DNA of 59,600 nucleotides from Candidatus Uhrbacteria bacterium (GTDB lineage Bacteria; Patescibacteriota; Patescibacteriia; UBA9934). This document shows, piece after piece, positions 1-8,824 of the stretch (position 1 is its first letter; each line of letters opens with the position of its first letter). The position numbers and the translations under genes are program-made. The notes under the pieces were generated by a model. It saw only the letters and a list, made by a program, of their open reading frames with translations. It was not told where the DNA came from and did not search any database. Location: NCBI GenBank assembly GCA_943359345.1, contig CALRHE010000004.1, forward strand, positions 1-59,600, in the 5' to 3' direction.

Positions 1-373
1 CTTCAACCGCCTTACGTTCAACCTCAGTAATCTCAAGCGGCACTGTCATTACAATCCGTGGTCTTGGTACCAATGTAAACGCGTCCTCATGAATCTTATC
101 CACGAAGTACTTGAGCATTTTCTCGGCCACCTCAAAGTCAGAAATAACCCCCTTCATTAGCGGTTTTGTGGTTAAAATATGCGGCGGGGTTTTACCCAGC
201 ATATCCTTGGCGGCAGTGCCTACCGCTAAAATTTGATTGCTACGCGTGTTGATCGCCACAATTGACGGTTCATGCATAACAATCCCACGTTCCTTAACGT
301 AAACACGGGTATTGGAGGTGCCAAGGTCAATGGCCACATCCTTAGAAAATTGACCAAAAAAGCGATTCAGCAT
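1..373 (-). CDS. mreB: Rod shape-determining protein MreB, N-terminal part (runs off the window edge)
   Basis: Manual translation from ATG 373: MLNRFFGQFSKDVAIDLGTSNTRVYVKERGIVMHEPSIVAIN...PLMKGVISDFEVAEKML; actin-like DLGT and EPS motifs. Confidence 0.93.
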   Translation of the reverse strand, partial: MLNRFFGQFSKDVAIDLGTSNTRVYVKERGIVMHEPSIVAINTRSNQILAVGTAAKDMLGKTPPHILTTKPLMKGVISDFEVAEKMLKYFVDKIHEDAFTLVPRPRIVMTVPLEITEVERKAVE

Positions 374-414
374 AGGTCAGTGTCGTGGCATTGAACCATA
401 GCCACCCCACTACC

Positions 415-810
415 TCAAGACTGACTGTCCACCTCGTCTTGGCTTGATATCAAGAAGAAAAATTCTAAAAAACCAAGGGCGAGTACAGCCACAAACAAGG
501 TTAGCGTTGAAAGTAAGCCTTGCGTCATGAGATACAAACAGCCAATCAGCAAAATAGTCAAAAATACGGCTTGGCGGAGTGAACGGTTAACAATTGAGCC
601 CACCTCGCGGTGCGGAAAGCGATAGGTTCTAACTAGCGTGCCTAAAATCGTGAATAACCCGGCTAGCCCTAGGCTTAGGGTCAAATAAAAAGCGGCCAGA
701 GCCAAGACCCCTGAAGTCAACGGGTTCATAGCGATCAGCACTACACACCAAGCAGACAGCGCGACCGCGGTGCCGATTGACATTACAATTAGGTATTGGC
801 GGAGGTTCAT
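415..810 (-). CDS. Hypothetical membrane protein (about 4 TM helices)
   Basis: 131-aa hydrophobic ORF; 4-nt overlap with the upstream gene. Confidence 0.75.
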   Translation of the reverse strand: MNLRQYLIVMSIGTAVALSAWCVVLIAMNPLTSGVLALAAFYLTLSLGLAGLFTILGTLVRTYRFPHREVGSIVNRSLRQAVFLTILLIGCLYLMTQGLLSTLTLFVAVLALGFLEFFFLISSQDEVDSQS

Positions 811-1160
811 AGACTGGCACTATTGTACCATTCGTCATCGTTGGCTTTGCCATTGCGAAACACACAAATTACCTTACGGAAGGTTTGATCAGGGTATTTT
901 TCCTCGAGTTTTCTAGCTATAATCTTGATTAGACCTTCAGCTGCGTAACGCGCTGTTGGAGTTTTGCAAGCCAGTAACAGCTCTGAGGCCTTATAACTCA
1001 CGGCTTGGACCTCGCCCCGTTGATCGCCATGCAACAACTCAGTTAGAAGTTGATTAGCACTAGCCACAATTTGAGCCGATAAAACTCGGTCACCAATACC
1101 GTGGCGGGCCAGAGAACCACCAAGCAGATGGCTAAGTGAAGATAATTTATACTCGCGCAT
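807..1160 (-). CDS. Hypothetical protein, possibly DciA/DUF721-like
   Basis: 117 aa; N-terminal 'SLSHLLGGSL' helix and a size/pattern like DUF721; coupled to neighbours. Confidence 0.5.
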   Translation of the reverse strand: MREYKLSSLSHLLGGSLARHGIGDRVLSAQIVASANQLLTELLHGDQRGEVQAVSYKASELLLACKTPTARYAAEGLIKIIARKLEEKYPDQTFRKVICVFRNGKANDDEWYNSASL

Positions 1161-1162
1161 AG

Positions 1163-4117
1163 TTATAATTTTGCGGCTGGACAGATGTCTTTAAAATCAC
1201 AGTATCGACACTTCATCGGGTCTGGGTCAGCGGCGAAATCACTTTTGGCAATTCTATCCATAGTTTCAAGTACCTGTTCAATGAGCTTCTCACGATCCTT
1301 ATTACTCGGCTCAAAACTCACCATCTCATTGGTCGTAAGGTAATAATACGTCAGGCGACGGATAGGTTTGGGATTTGGCAAACACTGCTCAAGTGCTAGA
1401 GCATACAACACCAATTGACGCTTATCGTCCCACTCAAGCTTGGATTTTGGATTGCCGGTTTTGTAATCGATAATTTCTAGGCCCCCATCATCGGTCTCAT
1501 CGATGCGATCAATTCTACCCTTAACCAGTACGTCGCCAAGCTTGAGAGTGAAGCCTTGCTCGAGACTAAAAACCTTAGGAGTCTTATCTACGACCTGAGC
1601 GTGAAATTTTCTAAGTGATTCGCGGCCTTGCTCGCGATACTCTTCTCGCTCTTCATTCGAGGTATACCACTCGTCGATAAAACCTTGGTCGAATAGGTCT
1701 AGGAGCTCCTTGAGCACAGGGACAGGCGGGCTCGAGCTTGTTGTGTCACCAAAAAGTGAGACCTGGGTTGCGTCCTGACGTTTTTTTACTTGCTCTAAAA
1801 ATTTCTGGAGCGTGTTATGCATCGATTTTCCAAAACTTAAACTGTGACGTCCGAAGGTTGGAACTTTTAGGATGTGAGCATACTTGTATTGCAGTGGACA
1901 GGTTGTAAAAGCCGCAATCTGAGAAAAACTAATGCGTTCGGGAACTGAATGGAGTAGCTGTTGGTGAGCTCGGACGCTGGCTTCAGGCAGAGTGAGCACA
2001 TCCCGACTCCCAACTGACTGTGCTGGCGTATCAAAACCAAGCTCGGTCAAGAATCGGGAAACCTTACGCTTACGCGAACCGCCATAATCCGCGGCTGACA
2101 TCAAATACAAACCCTCCTTGGCTCTTGTCATGGCCACGTAAAAAAGACGTCGCTCCTCAGCCACGTGATCATCAAGCTCAGCCGTGCCCTGTATCAGTCC
2201 CGGTGGCAAGGGCAAGGCCTCACTACGCGTTATTGAGGGGAAACGTTGCTCAATCAAATTGACCACGAACACGTACCGGAACTCGAGTCCCTTGGCACCA
2301 TGAATTGTCATAACGTTAACCACGTCTGGACCTGACTGGTCATCAGCCTTCAAGCTGCCGGCTTCACCGGCTTCACGCTCAGCCTCAAACTCATCTAGGA
2401 AAGAGGTGGAACTCTTGTCCTCGTTAGCATTTGCAAAACGCTTCAGGCGCGACAAAAAACCCTCCAAATGTCTGAACACCTCTTGTTGTTCGATCTCGGG
2501 CAAGCCACTAACGTCACCAAGTAAGCCTGTGCGTTTCAAAATAAATATAAACAGCTCAGTTACAGGAACTCGTTTAGCCTGATTACGAATGTCAGAAATG
2601 ATCTGCAGAACTTCTAGCATGCGTCCCCTACCCTCAAGTGAAATGCCGATGGCTTCAGTTGACCGCTGCATAGCGTCTACAATTGCCACCCCCTTACGTT
2701 TAACATGAAGCATGAGCTCTGACAGATCGCTCTCAGACACGCCAAGTCTGGGGTGCGATAAAATCCGGTAAGCAGCTGGGCTGTCAAAAGCTAAACGTGC
2801 GAGACGCATGTAGGCCAAAGTGTCCATGATAATCGGTTGCGTGTACAAGCCCGACATGGCCACAAACTTATAAGGGACACCAGCGCGCTCAAGCGCTTCA
2901 AGGAAAGGTTCAGAGGCATCGTTAGCTCGAACGAGTATGCAAAATTCGTTCCATGATCCGCCCGATTTTTTTTGGAGTTCAAGGATCTCACGCACTGTCA
3001 ATTCAACCTCGTCATCGAGTGTGTCGCAGTGCACATGCTTAACAAAGCCCTCTCCGGCCGCCTGCGCTCGTAAGGCCTTAGATAAACCCTCGGTGGCTTC
3101 TAAACGGTGCGGGTTATTTTGTTGAATCAGGCGGTAGGCACCGTCAAGAATAGCCTTACCGCTTCTATAATTACTTGTCAGCACCACTTTCGTAGCCTCG
3201 TTAAAATCATGGCGGAAAGACAAAATGTTAGCCAGGGCCGCACCTCTAAACTTATAAATTGCCTGGTCATCATCGCCCACAACCGTGAGATTGCGGCGCG
3301 GCTCTGAGAGTAATTTTACAAGTTTATATTGAACAGCGTTCGTATCCTGAAACTCATCGACCACGATGTACCTAAAACGCTCGCGATATTCCTTCAGAAC
3401 ATTTGGCCGTTCCAGAAATAAACGCAAAACGTAGGCCAGCAAGCTACCAAAGTCGAGCATCGATTTGTCCACTAGCAACTGCTCATAGGTGGCGTAGGCA
3501 CGAGCTAATTCCTGCCATTTTTGAAGGTCGAGTTTATCTTCATCGCTCATTGATGCAAAGGTTTCAGGCGCACCCCCAGTTTTTTGAGCGATAAAATCCT
3601 CAACCCATTGAGCGTATTCTTCAGGCGTGACGCCTTCGTCCTTAGCGCGTGAAAAATGTTGCAGCATCGACCTCAGAAACTTAGTCGGATTCCCACGCGG
3701 TCGGAAATACTCAAGTTTGAAGCGGTCAAGGTTGCGTCGCATAAGCAACCAGCTATCAACATCAGTAGCAATTTTAAAATCCTGCGGCAAACCAATATGC
3801 ACACCGTGGGCACGCAAAACTTTTTCACAGAAGGCGTGAAAGGTAGAGATGGAAAGATCGACGTAGCCAATTGGCAATAAACGATCAACCCGTTCCTCCA
3901 TTTCTGTAGCCGCTTTTTCGGTAAAAGTCAGTGCTAAAATGTCCTCTGGTCTAGCTTTGCCTTGGTCAATTAACCAGGCAATTCGGCGCGTAATGACAGT
4001 GGTCTTACCGGTTCCGGCCCCGGCTACAATCATCAGCGGGCCATCGCCGTGAGTAACGGCCATAACCTGCTCGGCATTCAAATCTTTAAGTAAATCGGAG
4101 TTGACCATAGACCTCAA
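1163..4117 (-). CDS. UvrD/PcrA-family SF1A helicase fused to a C-terminal PD-(D/E)XK (RecB/AddB/Cas4-like) nuclease with four Fe-S cysteines
   Basis: AGAGTGKT, VDEFQD, VGDDDQAIYKFRGA, NYRS, MTIHGAKGLEF, EERRLFYVAMTRA; C-terminal GRIDRID...IIDYKTG, QLVLY, TCPLQY and CRYCDFKDICP. Confidence 0.92.
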   Translation of the reverse strand: MRSMVNSDLLKDLNAEQVMAVTHGDGPLMIVAGAGTGKTTVITRRIAWLIDQGKARPEDILALTFTEKAATEMEERVDRLLPIGYVDLSISTFHAFCEKVLRAHGVHIGLPQDFKIATDVDSWLLMRRNLDRFKLEYFRPRGNPTKFLRSMLQHFSRAKDEGVTPEEYAQWVEDFIAQKTGGAPETFASMSDEDKLDLQKWQELARAYATYEQLLVDKSMLDFGSLLAYVLRLFLERPNVLKEYRERFRYIVVDEFQDTNAVQYKLVKLLSEPRRNLTVVGDDDQAIYKFRGAALANILSFRHDFNEATKVVLTSNYRSGKAILDGAYRLIQQNNPHRLEATEGLSKALRAQAAGEGFVKHVHCDTLDDEVELTVREILELQKKSGGSWNEFCILVRANDASEPFLEALERAGVPYKFVAMSGLYTQPIIMDTLAYMRLARLAFDSPAAYRILSHPRLGVSESDLSELMLHVKRKGVAIVDAMQRSTEAIGISLEGRGRMLEVLQIISDIRNQAKRVPVTELFIFILKRTGLLGDVSGLPEIEQQEVFRHLEGFLSRLKRFANANEDKSSTSFLDEFEAEREAGEAGSLKADDQSGPDVVNVMTIHGAKGLEFRYVFVVNLIEQRFPSITRSEALPLPPGLIQGTAELDDHVAEERRLFYVAMTRAKEGLYLMSAADYGGSRKRKVSRFLTELGFDTPAQSVGSRDVLTLPEASVRAHQQLLHSVPERISFSQIAAFTTCPLQYKYAHILKVPTFGRHSLSFGKSMHNTLQKFLEQVKKRQDATQVSLFGDTTSSSPPVPVLKELLDLFDQGFIDEWYTSNEEREEYREQGRESLRKFHAQVVDKTPKVFSLEQGFTLKLGDVLVKGRIDRIDETDDGGLEIIDYKTGNPKSKLEWDDKRQLVLYALALEQCLPNPKPIRRLTYYYLTTNEMVSFEPSNKDREKLIEQVLETMDRIAKSDFAADPDPMKCRYCDFKDICPAAKL

Positions 4118-5731
4118 CTATAAATCTGTTCCAGCACAACTTAAACCTAAAGATTGGCTGCACAGCGGAAAATCTGAAACAATATTCCCTGGTGCTATTT
4201 CGCCTAACAATGGCCAGTTACAAAACGATGGGTCACGAATAACGTAACGTTCGATTCTACCTGACTTAAGATAAACAAGGTGCAGAATTTCGCCGCGACC
4301 ATTCTCCACTGCACCTAGGTCACGACCATCCTTAGGTTCACAAGGCATTAGATGGGCACCTTCGCCTGGATTCTTGCACAATTCTTGGATCAATCTTTGG
4401 CTGTCTTTTAACTCGTCAACCCGAAGCATGAAACGGGCATAAACATCGCCCGTTACCTTGATGGGTACTGTGGGTAGGAAACGCCCATAGGCAGCGTACG
4501 GGTGGTCACGACGTACATCCCGATCAATTCCAGAAGCTCGGGCTGCAATGCCTACAGCACCGTAGGCTAAACCGGCTTCCTTGCTTAAAATACCTATATT
4601 CTCAAGCCGGTCACGTAAACCATCTGACTGGATAGCGAGACTTACCACATCCAGCATCTCATCAATTATCTCACCCATGACAATCGAAATCTTTTGAAAT
4701 TCATTAGCCTGAAAGTCACGCGACACGCCTCCAGGCACAATTAAGCCTCGCCAAAAACGGTTACCTAACAGCTCATCAGACAAGCGCACAACCTGCTCCT
4801 TGAGCCTAAAACCCTGAGATGATAAAAGCGTATACCCGGCGCCCAGGCCGCCAATCGTGGCCAGGTCAGAAATATGCATGGTTACGCGTTCAAGTTCATT
4901 CACGAGCGAACGTAAACTCTGGGCCCGTATAGACACCTTGCAAGCCGCCAAATTCTCAATTGCTTGTGCAAAGGCAAGGGCGTGCGAGGCAGCGGAGTCA
5001 CCACAAATATGCTCCACTAGCGTTAATGCTTCAGGTAGATTTTTACCTTCCAATAATTTTTCAACACCTTTATGAGTGAAAAAAAACTTACTCTCAAGGG
5101 CTATCATCCGCTCACCAGCTACGTTTAAACGAAAATGTGCGGGCTCACTAATACCCCCATAAACAGGTCCGAGTGGAATTTCAACAACACCCTCACCTAT
5201 CACAAACGGCATCGGATAAGCTATGTCGGCCGTCTCCATTTTAGCGTTCCACATAAAATCCTTGCGGAGCGGAAAATGTCCTTCCGGTACATTTTCATGG
5301 TGAACCAAACGTCGTGGGTCAGGATGACCAACTGCCTCAATACCGAACATGTCTTGAATAAATCTTTCGAACCAATGGGCCGCCATGACGCGACGTGTAA
5401 CCGATGGGTAGCTTAGATCTTCAGGCTGCAAACGTGTGGACAATAAAAACCAGGTCTGACTTGTGTCATCGTGCAGCAAAGCGTGCACACCATAACTACC
5501 CGCGCTAGTCCGATCATCAGTTGCGTACAGGTGTGCCAAAGCTAAACCAACGCCCACCAAACCGCTGACATCCAAGCTCATGCTCAGCTGCGTGGTTAGG
5601 CCCCTGACATTCACCAGTTCATCAATAATGTCGGCAAATTTTTCGCGCGGCACACTGGCGAAAACAAGGTCAGACCTGTCTGCCTGAATATGTAGGCCAA
5701 GCACGTTGCCCAAGAATTCTTTAAGGCTCAT
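4118..5731 (-). CDS. hyfG: Group-4 hydrogenase-related (Ehr) large subunit, HycE/HyfG-like NuoC+NuoD fusion, lacking NiFe-binding CxxC motifs
   Basis: WFERFIQDMFGI..GHPDPRRL, FPLRKDF, GPVYGGISEPAHFR, THKGVEK, ENGRGE, RDPSF; L1 reads HICGDS and the C-terminus reads DFPLCSQSLGLSCAGTDL (no DPCxxC). Confidence 0.88.
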   Translation of the reverse strand: MSLKEFLGNVLGLHIQADRSDLVFASVPREKFADIIDELVNVRGLTTQLSMSLDVSGLVGVGLALAHLYATDDRTSAGSYGVHALLHDDTSQTWFLLSTRLQPEDLSYPSVTRRVMAAHWFERFIQDMFGIEAVGHPDPRRLVHHENVPEGHFPLRKDFMWNAKMETADIAYPMPFVIGEGVVEIPLGPVYGGISEPAHFRLNVAGERMIALESKFFFTHKGVEKLLEGKNLPEALTLVEHICGDSAASHALAFAQAIENLAACKVSIRAQSLRSLVNELERVTMHISDLATIGGLGAGYTLLSSQGFRLKEQVVRLSDELLGNRFWRGLIVPGGVSRDFQANEFQKISIVMGEIIDEMLDVVSLAIQSDGLRDRLENIGILSKEAGLAYGAVGIAARASGIDRDVRRDHPYAAYGRFLPTVPIKVTGDVYARFMLRVDELKDSQRLIQELCKNPGEGAHLMPCEPKDGRDLGAVENGRGEILHLVYLKSGRIERYVIRDPSFCNWPLLGEIAPGNIVSDFPLCSQSLGLSCAGTDL

Positions 5732-7206
5732 AAGAGTCCGGGGTTAAACGACTGGGCTATACCGAGCATAAAGGCTAGCCCGGCTGGAGTGATATAAAAC
5801 ACCCCCAAAGCCACCGCCAAAAGCAGATGTAGACCCATGACTAGGTGAGTTATATTCCAGGGCTCAGCCACCGTGTTTGAGAATCGTCCGGGCGAGGTAA
5901 ATAAGAGCCCGTAAACATTTCTGATCATAGCCACACTAGCCACTACCAGAGCCAATGAAACCACAAGCGTAATTAATACGTGCTCTCTGAGGCCAAAGCC
6001 AATCACCAACATCTGACTCACAAAGACACCTGAGGGCGGGATAGCTGACAGCATGAGTAAAGTCAACAGAAAGAGCAAACCCGTCCTTGGCAACTTTACC
6101 CAAACGTCCTTTATCAGTGATGTATCGGTTGTTTTGTAGGCTGTAACAATCTCGCCAGCCCCAAAAAATAAGCCCGACTTGAGTAAGGCATGTCCGGGCA
6201 TGTGCATGAGCATAGGCACCAAGCCCGCGGGCCCAAGCCCGATTGCCAAAGTCATCAAGCCCATATGTTCAATGCTTGAATAGGCTAGCAAACGTTTATA
6301 GTTTTTCTGAAGCATTAGGCTGAGCGCGGGCACAACGATGGATAAGCAGCCGAAGACTAAAAACAGTCTGCCTGTCCAAACACCATTATCCATGAAAGCC
6401 AGATCAGCAACTTGTCGAAAGCGTAAAAGTGAGACCAGAGCCACATTCAGTAATACGCCAGATAACAAGGCCGAGATTGGCGCTGGTGTCTTGCTGTGTG
6501 CATCTGGTAGCCAGGTGTGCATTGGGACTAAGCCGATCATGGTTCCGATACCCATAAACACAAACACAAAAGCCCAGTGCATGATTTGGACATTCATACC
6601 TTGAGCGGCAGCAATATCACGAACAGTAGAGAGTAAGAATGAGCTGCCCACACCACTTTGTCCGGCGGCATAAGCGGTGAGGAAGATTCCGATTAAACAC
6701 AAACTCAAACCCAGAGAACACAAGAGGATTGATTTCCAAGCCGCCTCAAGGGCCGAACGTTTACGGTAGAAAGCTATGAGCAGAATCATTAATAGAGTCG
6801 CGGCTTCGAGTGCTAGCCACAGCAAACCCAGATGATTACTGAGCACAGCTACATACATGGCAGCACTTAACAACGGTGCCAGACTGAAATAACGCCGAAT
6901 ATCAGCGGTTGAAATAATTTGCTCTGCTTGTTCACGGGCCAGGTAACGATAGGCAGCCAGCGTAGCTGAAAATGAAATAAGCGCAATCAAAACCAGATTG
7001 AGTGCTGCAATACCGTCCAGATACCATAAGGACCATGGTCCGATGATTCCAACCTGAGAAAAGCCGGGCCAGGCAATATATATGGCCAGGGCCGAACTAA
7101 TCGCCATGAACATCAAACCCAAATATCGAGCCCGCCGGTCAGAAATTGGCAGGTAAGCCGTAGCTGCAGCGATGCTTAGCACGCCGATCAAGATCAGAGG
7201 CAACAT
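5728..7206 (-). CDS. hyfF: HyfF-like (NuoL/M/N, Mrp antiporter-like) membrane subunit
   Basis: WLALEAATL, HTWLPDAHS, SALLSG, KRLLAYSSIEHMG, KSGLFFGAG. Confidence 0.88.
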   Translation of the reverse strand: MLPLILIGVLSIAAATAYLPISDRRARYLGLMFMAISSALAIYIAWPGFSQVGIIGPWSLWYLDGIAALNLVLIALISFSATLAAYRYLAREQAEQIISTADIRRYFSLAPLLSAAMYVAVLSNHLGLLWLALEAATLLMILLIAFYRKRSALEAAWKSILLCSLGLSLCLIGIFLTAYAAGQSGVGSSFLLSTVRDIAAAQGMNVQIMHWAFVFVFMGIGTMIGLVPMHTWLPDAHSKTPAPISALLSGVLLNVALVSLLRFRQVADLAFMDNGVWTGRLFLVFGCLSIVVPALSLMLQKNYKRLLAYSSIEHMGLMTLAIGLGPAGLVPMLMHMPGHALLKSGLFFGAGEIVTAYKTTDTSLIKDVWVKLPRTGLLFLLTLLMLSAIPPSGVFVSQMLVIGFGLREHVLITLVVSLALVVASVAMIRNVYGLLFTSPGRFSNTVAEPWNITHLVMGLHLLLAVALGVFYITPAGLAFMLGIAQSFNPGLL

Positions 7207-7211
7207 ATTGG

Positions 7212-7874
7212 TTAACCAATTAATTCACGCAATTCACCAGTATCCTCCACTGCGTATAGTTCCTTAAGCCTACGTGCTAATAAACTCATGAGGAGCACCC
7301 CAAGAGTGACAGTGAGGTCAATCCCCAACTCTGCCAAAAGCGGGATCGCCCCCAGTGTAGCTGTAGCCAAAAGCGTGATGCCATTTCCGAGGGTGAAAAA
7401 AGCGATTATCTGCGAATACGGATCGCGGCGCACCATCATCGTGACACTACCTATAAGCATGATTGCAAAGGCTAGACAAATCAAAATCAAGTTGACATCC
7501 GAAACCGCGGGTGCAATCGCTCTAGCCGCCATAACCGCCACTCCTAAGGCCACACCGAAAACAAAGTATGACCCAGCTGAACTAACCAACGATATCAAGC
7601 GACCACTAGTATATGAACGTTTGGCACTGCTAGTAATAATTACGGGAATCAGCATGGCCTTAAAGATTAAAACACAGACAGCATTCAGATAAAGATGTTG
7701 GTCACCGTGAAAGGCTAAACTGCCCAAGAGCAACGCTAGAAACATTGATTGGAGTGCAAAGTAACGCACCATTTGACCTTGACGAAACTTACTACTGCCC
7801 CAAACAGCACACAATAAAAGTGCTACGGCTAAAGCTGTAGTGACGATGTCAAATGAATTTAAGACTGAGGTCAT
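7212..7874 (-). CDS. hyfE: HyfE-like membrane subunit
   Basis: Position between hyfC and hyfF homologs; 'LIFKAMLIP' and 'SQIIAFFTLGNGI' resemble HyfE. Confidence 0.75.
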   Translation of the reverse strand: MTSVLNSFDIVTTALAVALLLCAVWGSSKFRQGQMVRYFALQSMFLALLLGSLAFHGDQHLYLNAVCVLIFKAMLIPVIITSSAKRSYTSGRLISLVSSAGSYFVFGVALGVAVMAARAIAPAVSDVNLILICLAFAIMLIGSVTMMVRRDPYSQIIAFFTLGNGITLLATATLGAIPLLAELGIDLTVTLGVLLMSLLARRLKELYAVEDTGELRELIG

Positions 7875-8824
7875 ATAAGGCGTGACAAGAGTGCTAAGGA
7901 CACACCACCGAGTGCCATAAAGAAGGCGCTCGTTAGAAACTCTTGAATACGATAGAGCCGTACCCTGGCAATGCTAGATTCAAGCAAGGCAATAACAAAC
8001 ATTACCACTAACAACTTGAGCAAGGTTGCTAGAATTACACTGAACACAGTCAGGCCGCTGGATGTAGCTACAAGGATTGGCCAGGGTAATATCAGATTAG
8101 CAAGCAAGAGCACAAACACGGTTAGCTTAAGCGCGGAGGCATATTCAAGCATGGCCAGATACGGACCAGAGTAATCAAAGACCGTGGCTTCATGCATCAT
8201 TGTAAGTTCCAGTTGCGTACCTGGTTCGTCAACTGGATAACGGGCAGTTTCAGCCAAAGCAGTGAGCATGAGTGCAAACCATGACAACACCAAATACGGT
8301 GCCTGAATTAGCAGACCTCCGACCATGACCTGACCGCTAATCACTCCGTCAAGTGTAGATGACCCGGTGGCAAGAACTAAAGCTATAAAAGTCAGAATTA
8401 TGGTGGGCTCAAACAAAGCCGCCAGCGTGATGGCACGGCTGCCACCCAAACCTCCAAACGCACTTCCAGCATCGAACGCACCCATGACCAAAAACGTTGA
8501 ACTCAATAACAGCACAGCCGCGACCACAATAAAATTCGACAGCGCAGTCAAACTCCCGCCTACGGACACAAGCGGTAAAACTAAAGCTAAAAAAATATTC
8601 GATCCCAGCACTGCATAGGGTGTTACGTGCAGCATCCATGAACCGGTACTCGAAATTACGTTCTCCTTTTTCAATAAATTAGCGTATGTAATATAGGGTA
8701 ACCACGGTACAGCCCCATGACGACCTTGCAATCGGGCTTTGAACCAGCGCACGCCACCCACTGACATAGGTGCCAGTGACAAGACAAGGCTTATCTGAAT
8801 TAGACTTAATATGAGCGGGCTCAT
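7871..8824 (-). CDS. hyfC: HyfC/HycD-like (NuoH-like) membrane subunit
   Basis: KARLQGRHG, GSAFGGLGGSR, AETARYPVD, LELTMMHEA..DYSG. Confidence 0.88.
   Translation of the reverse strand: MSPLILSLIQISLVLSLAPMSVGGVRWFKARLQGRHGAVPWLPYITYANLLKKENVISSTGSWMLHVTPYAVLGSNIFLALVLPLVSVGGSLTALSNFIVVAAVLLLSSTFLVMGAFDAGSAFGGLGGSRAITLAALFEPTIILTFIALVLATGSSTLDGVISGQVMVGGLLIQAPYLVLSWFALMLTALAETARYPVDEPGTQLELTMMHEATVFDYSGPYLAMLEYASALKLTVFVLLLANLILPWPILVATSSGLTVFSVILATLLKLLVVMFVIALLESSIARVRLYRIQEFLTSAFFMALGGVSLALLSRLI

Noticed and set aside
1163-2000. cas4 gene
   Set aside because: The Cas4-like nuclease is the fused C-terminal domain of a UvrD helicase, with no cas1/cas2 or array
5315-5335. tcaggatgac REP-like match inside hyfG
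   Set aside because: It is the coding sequence of the conserved GHPD motif, so coincidental
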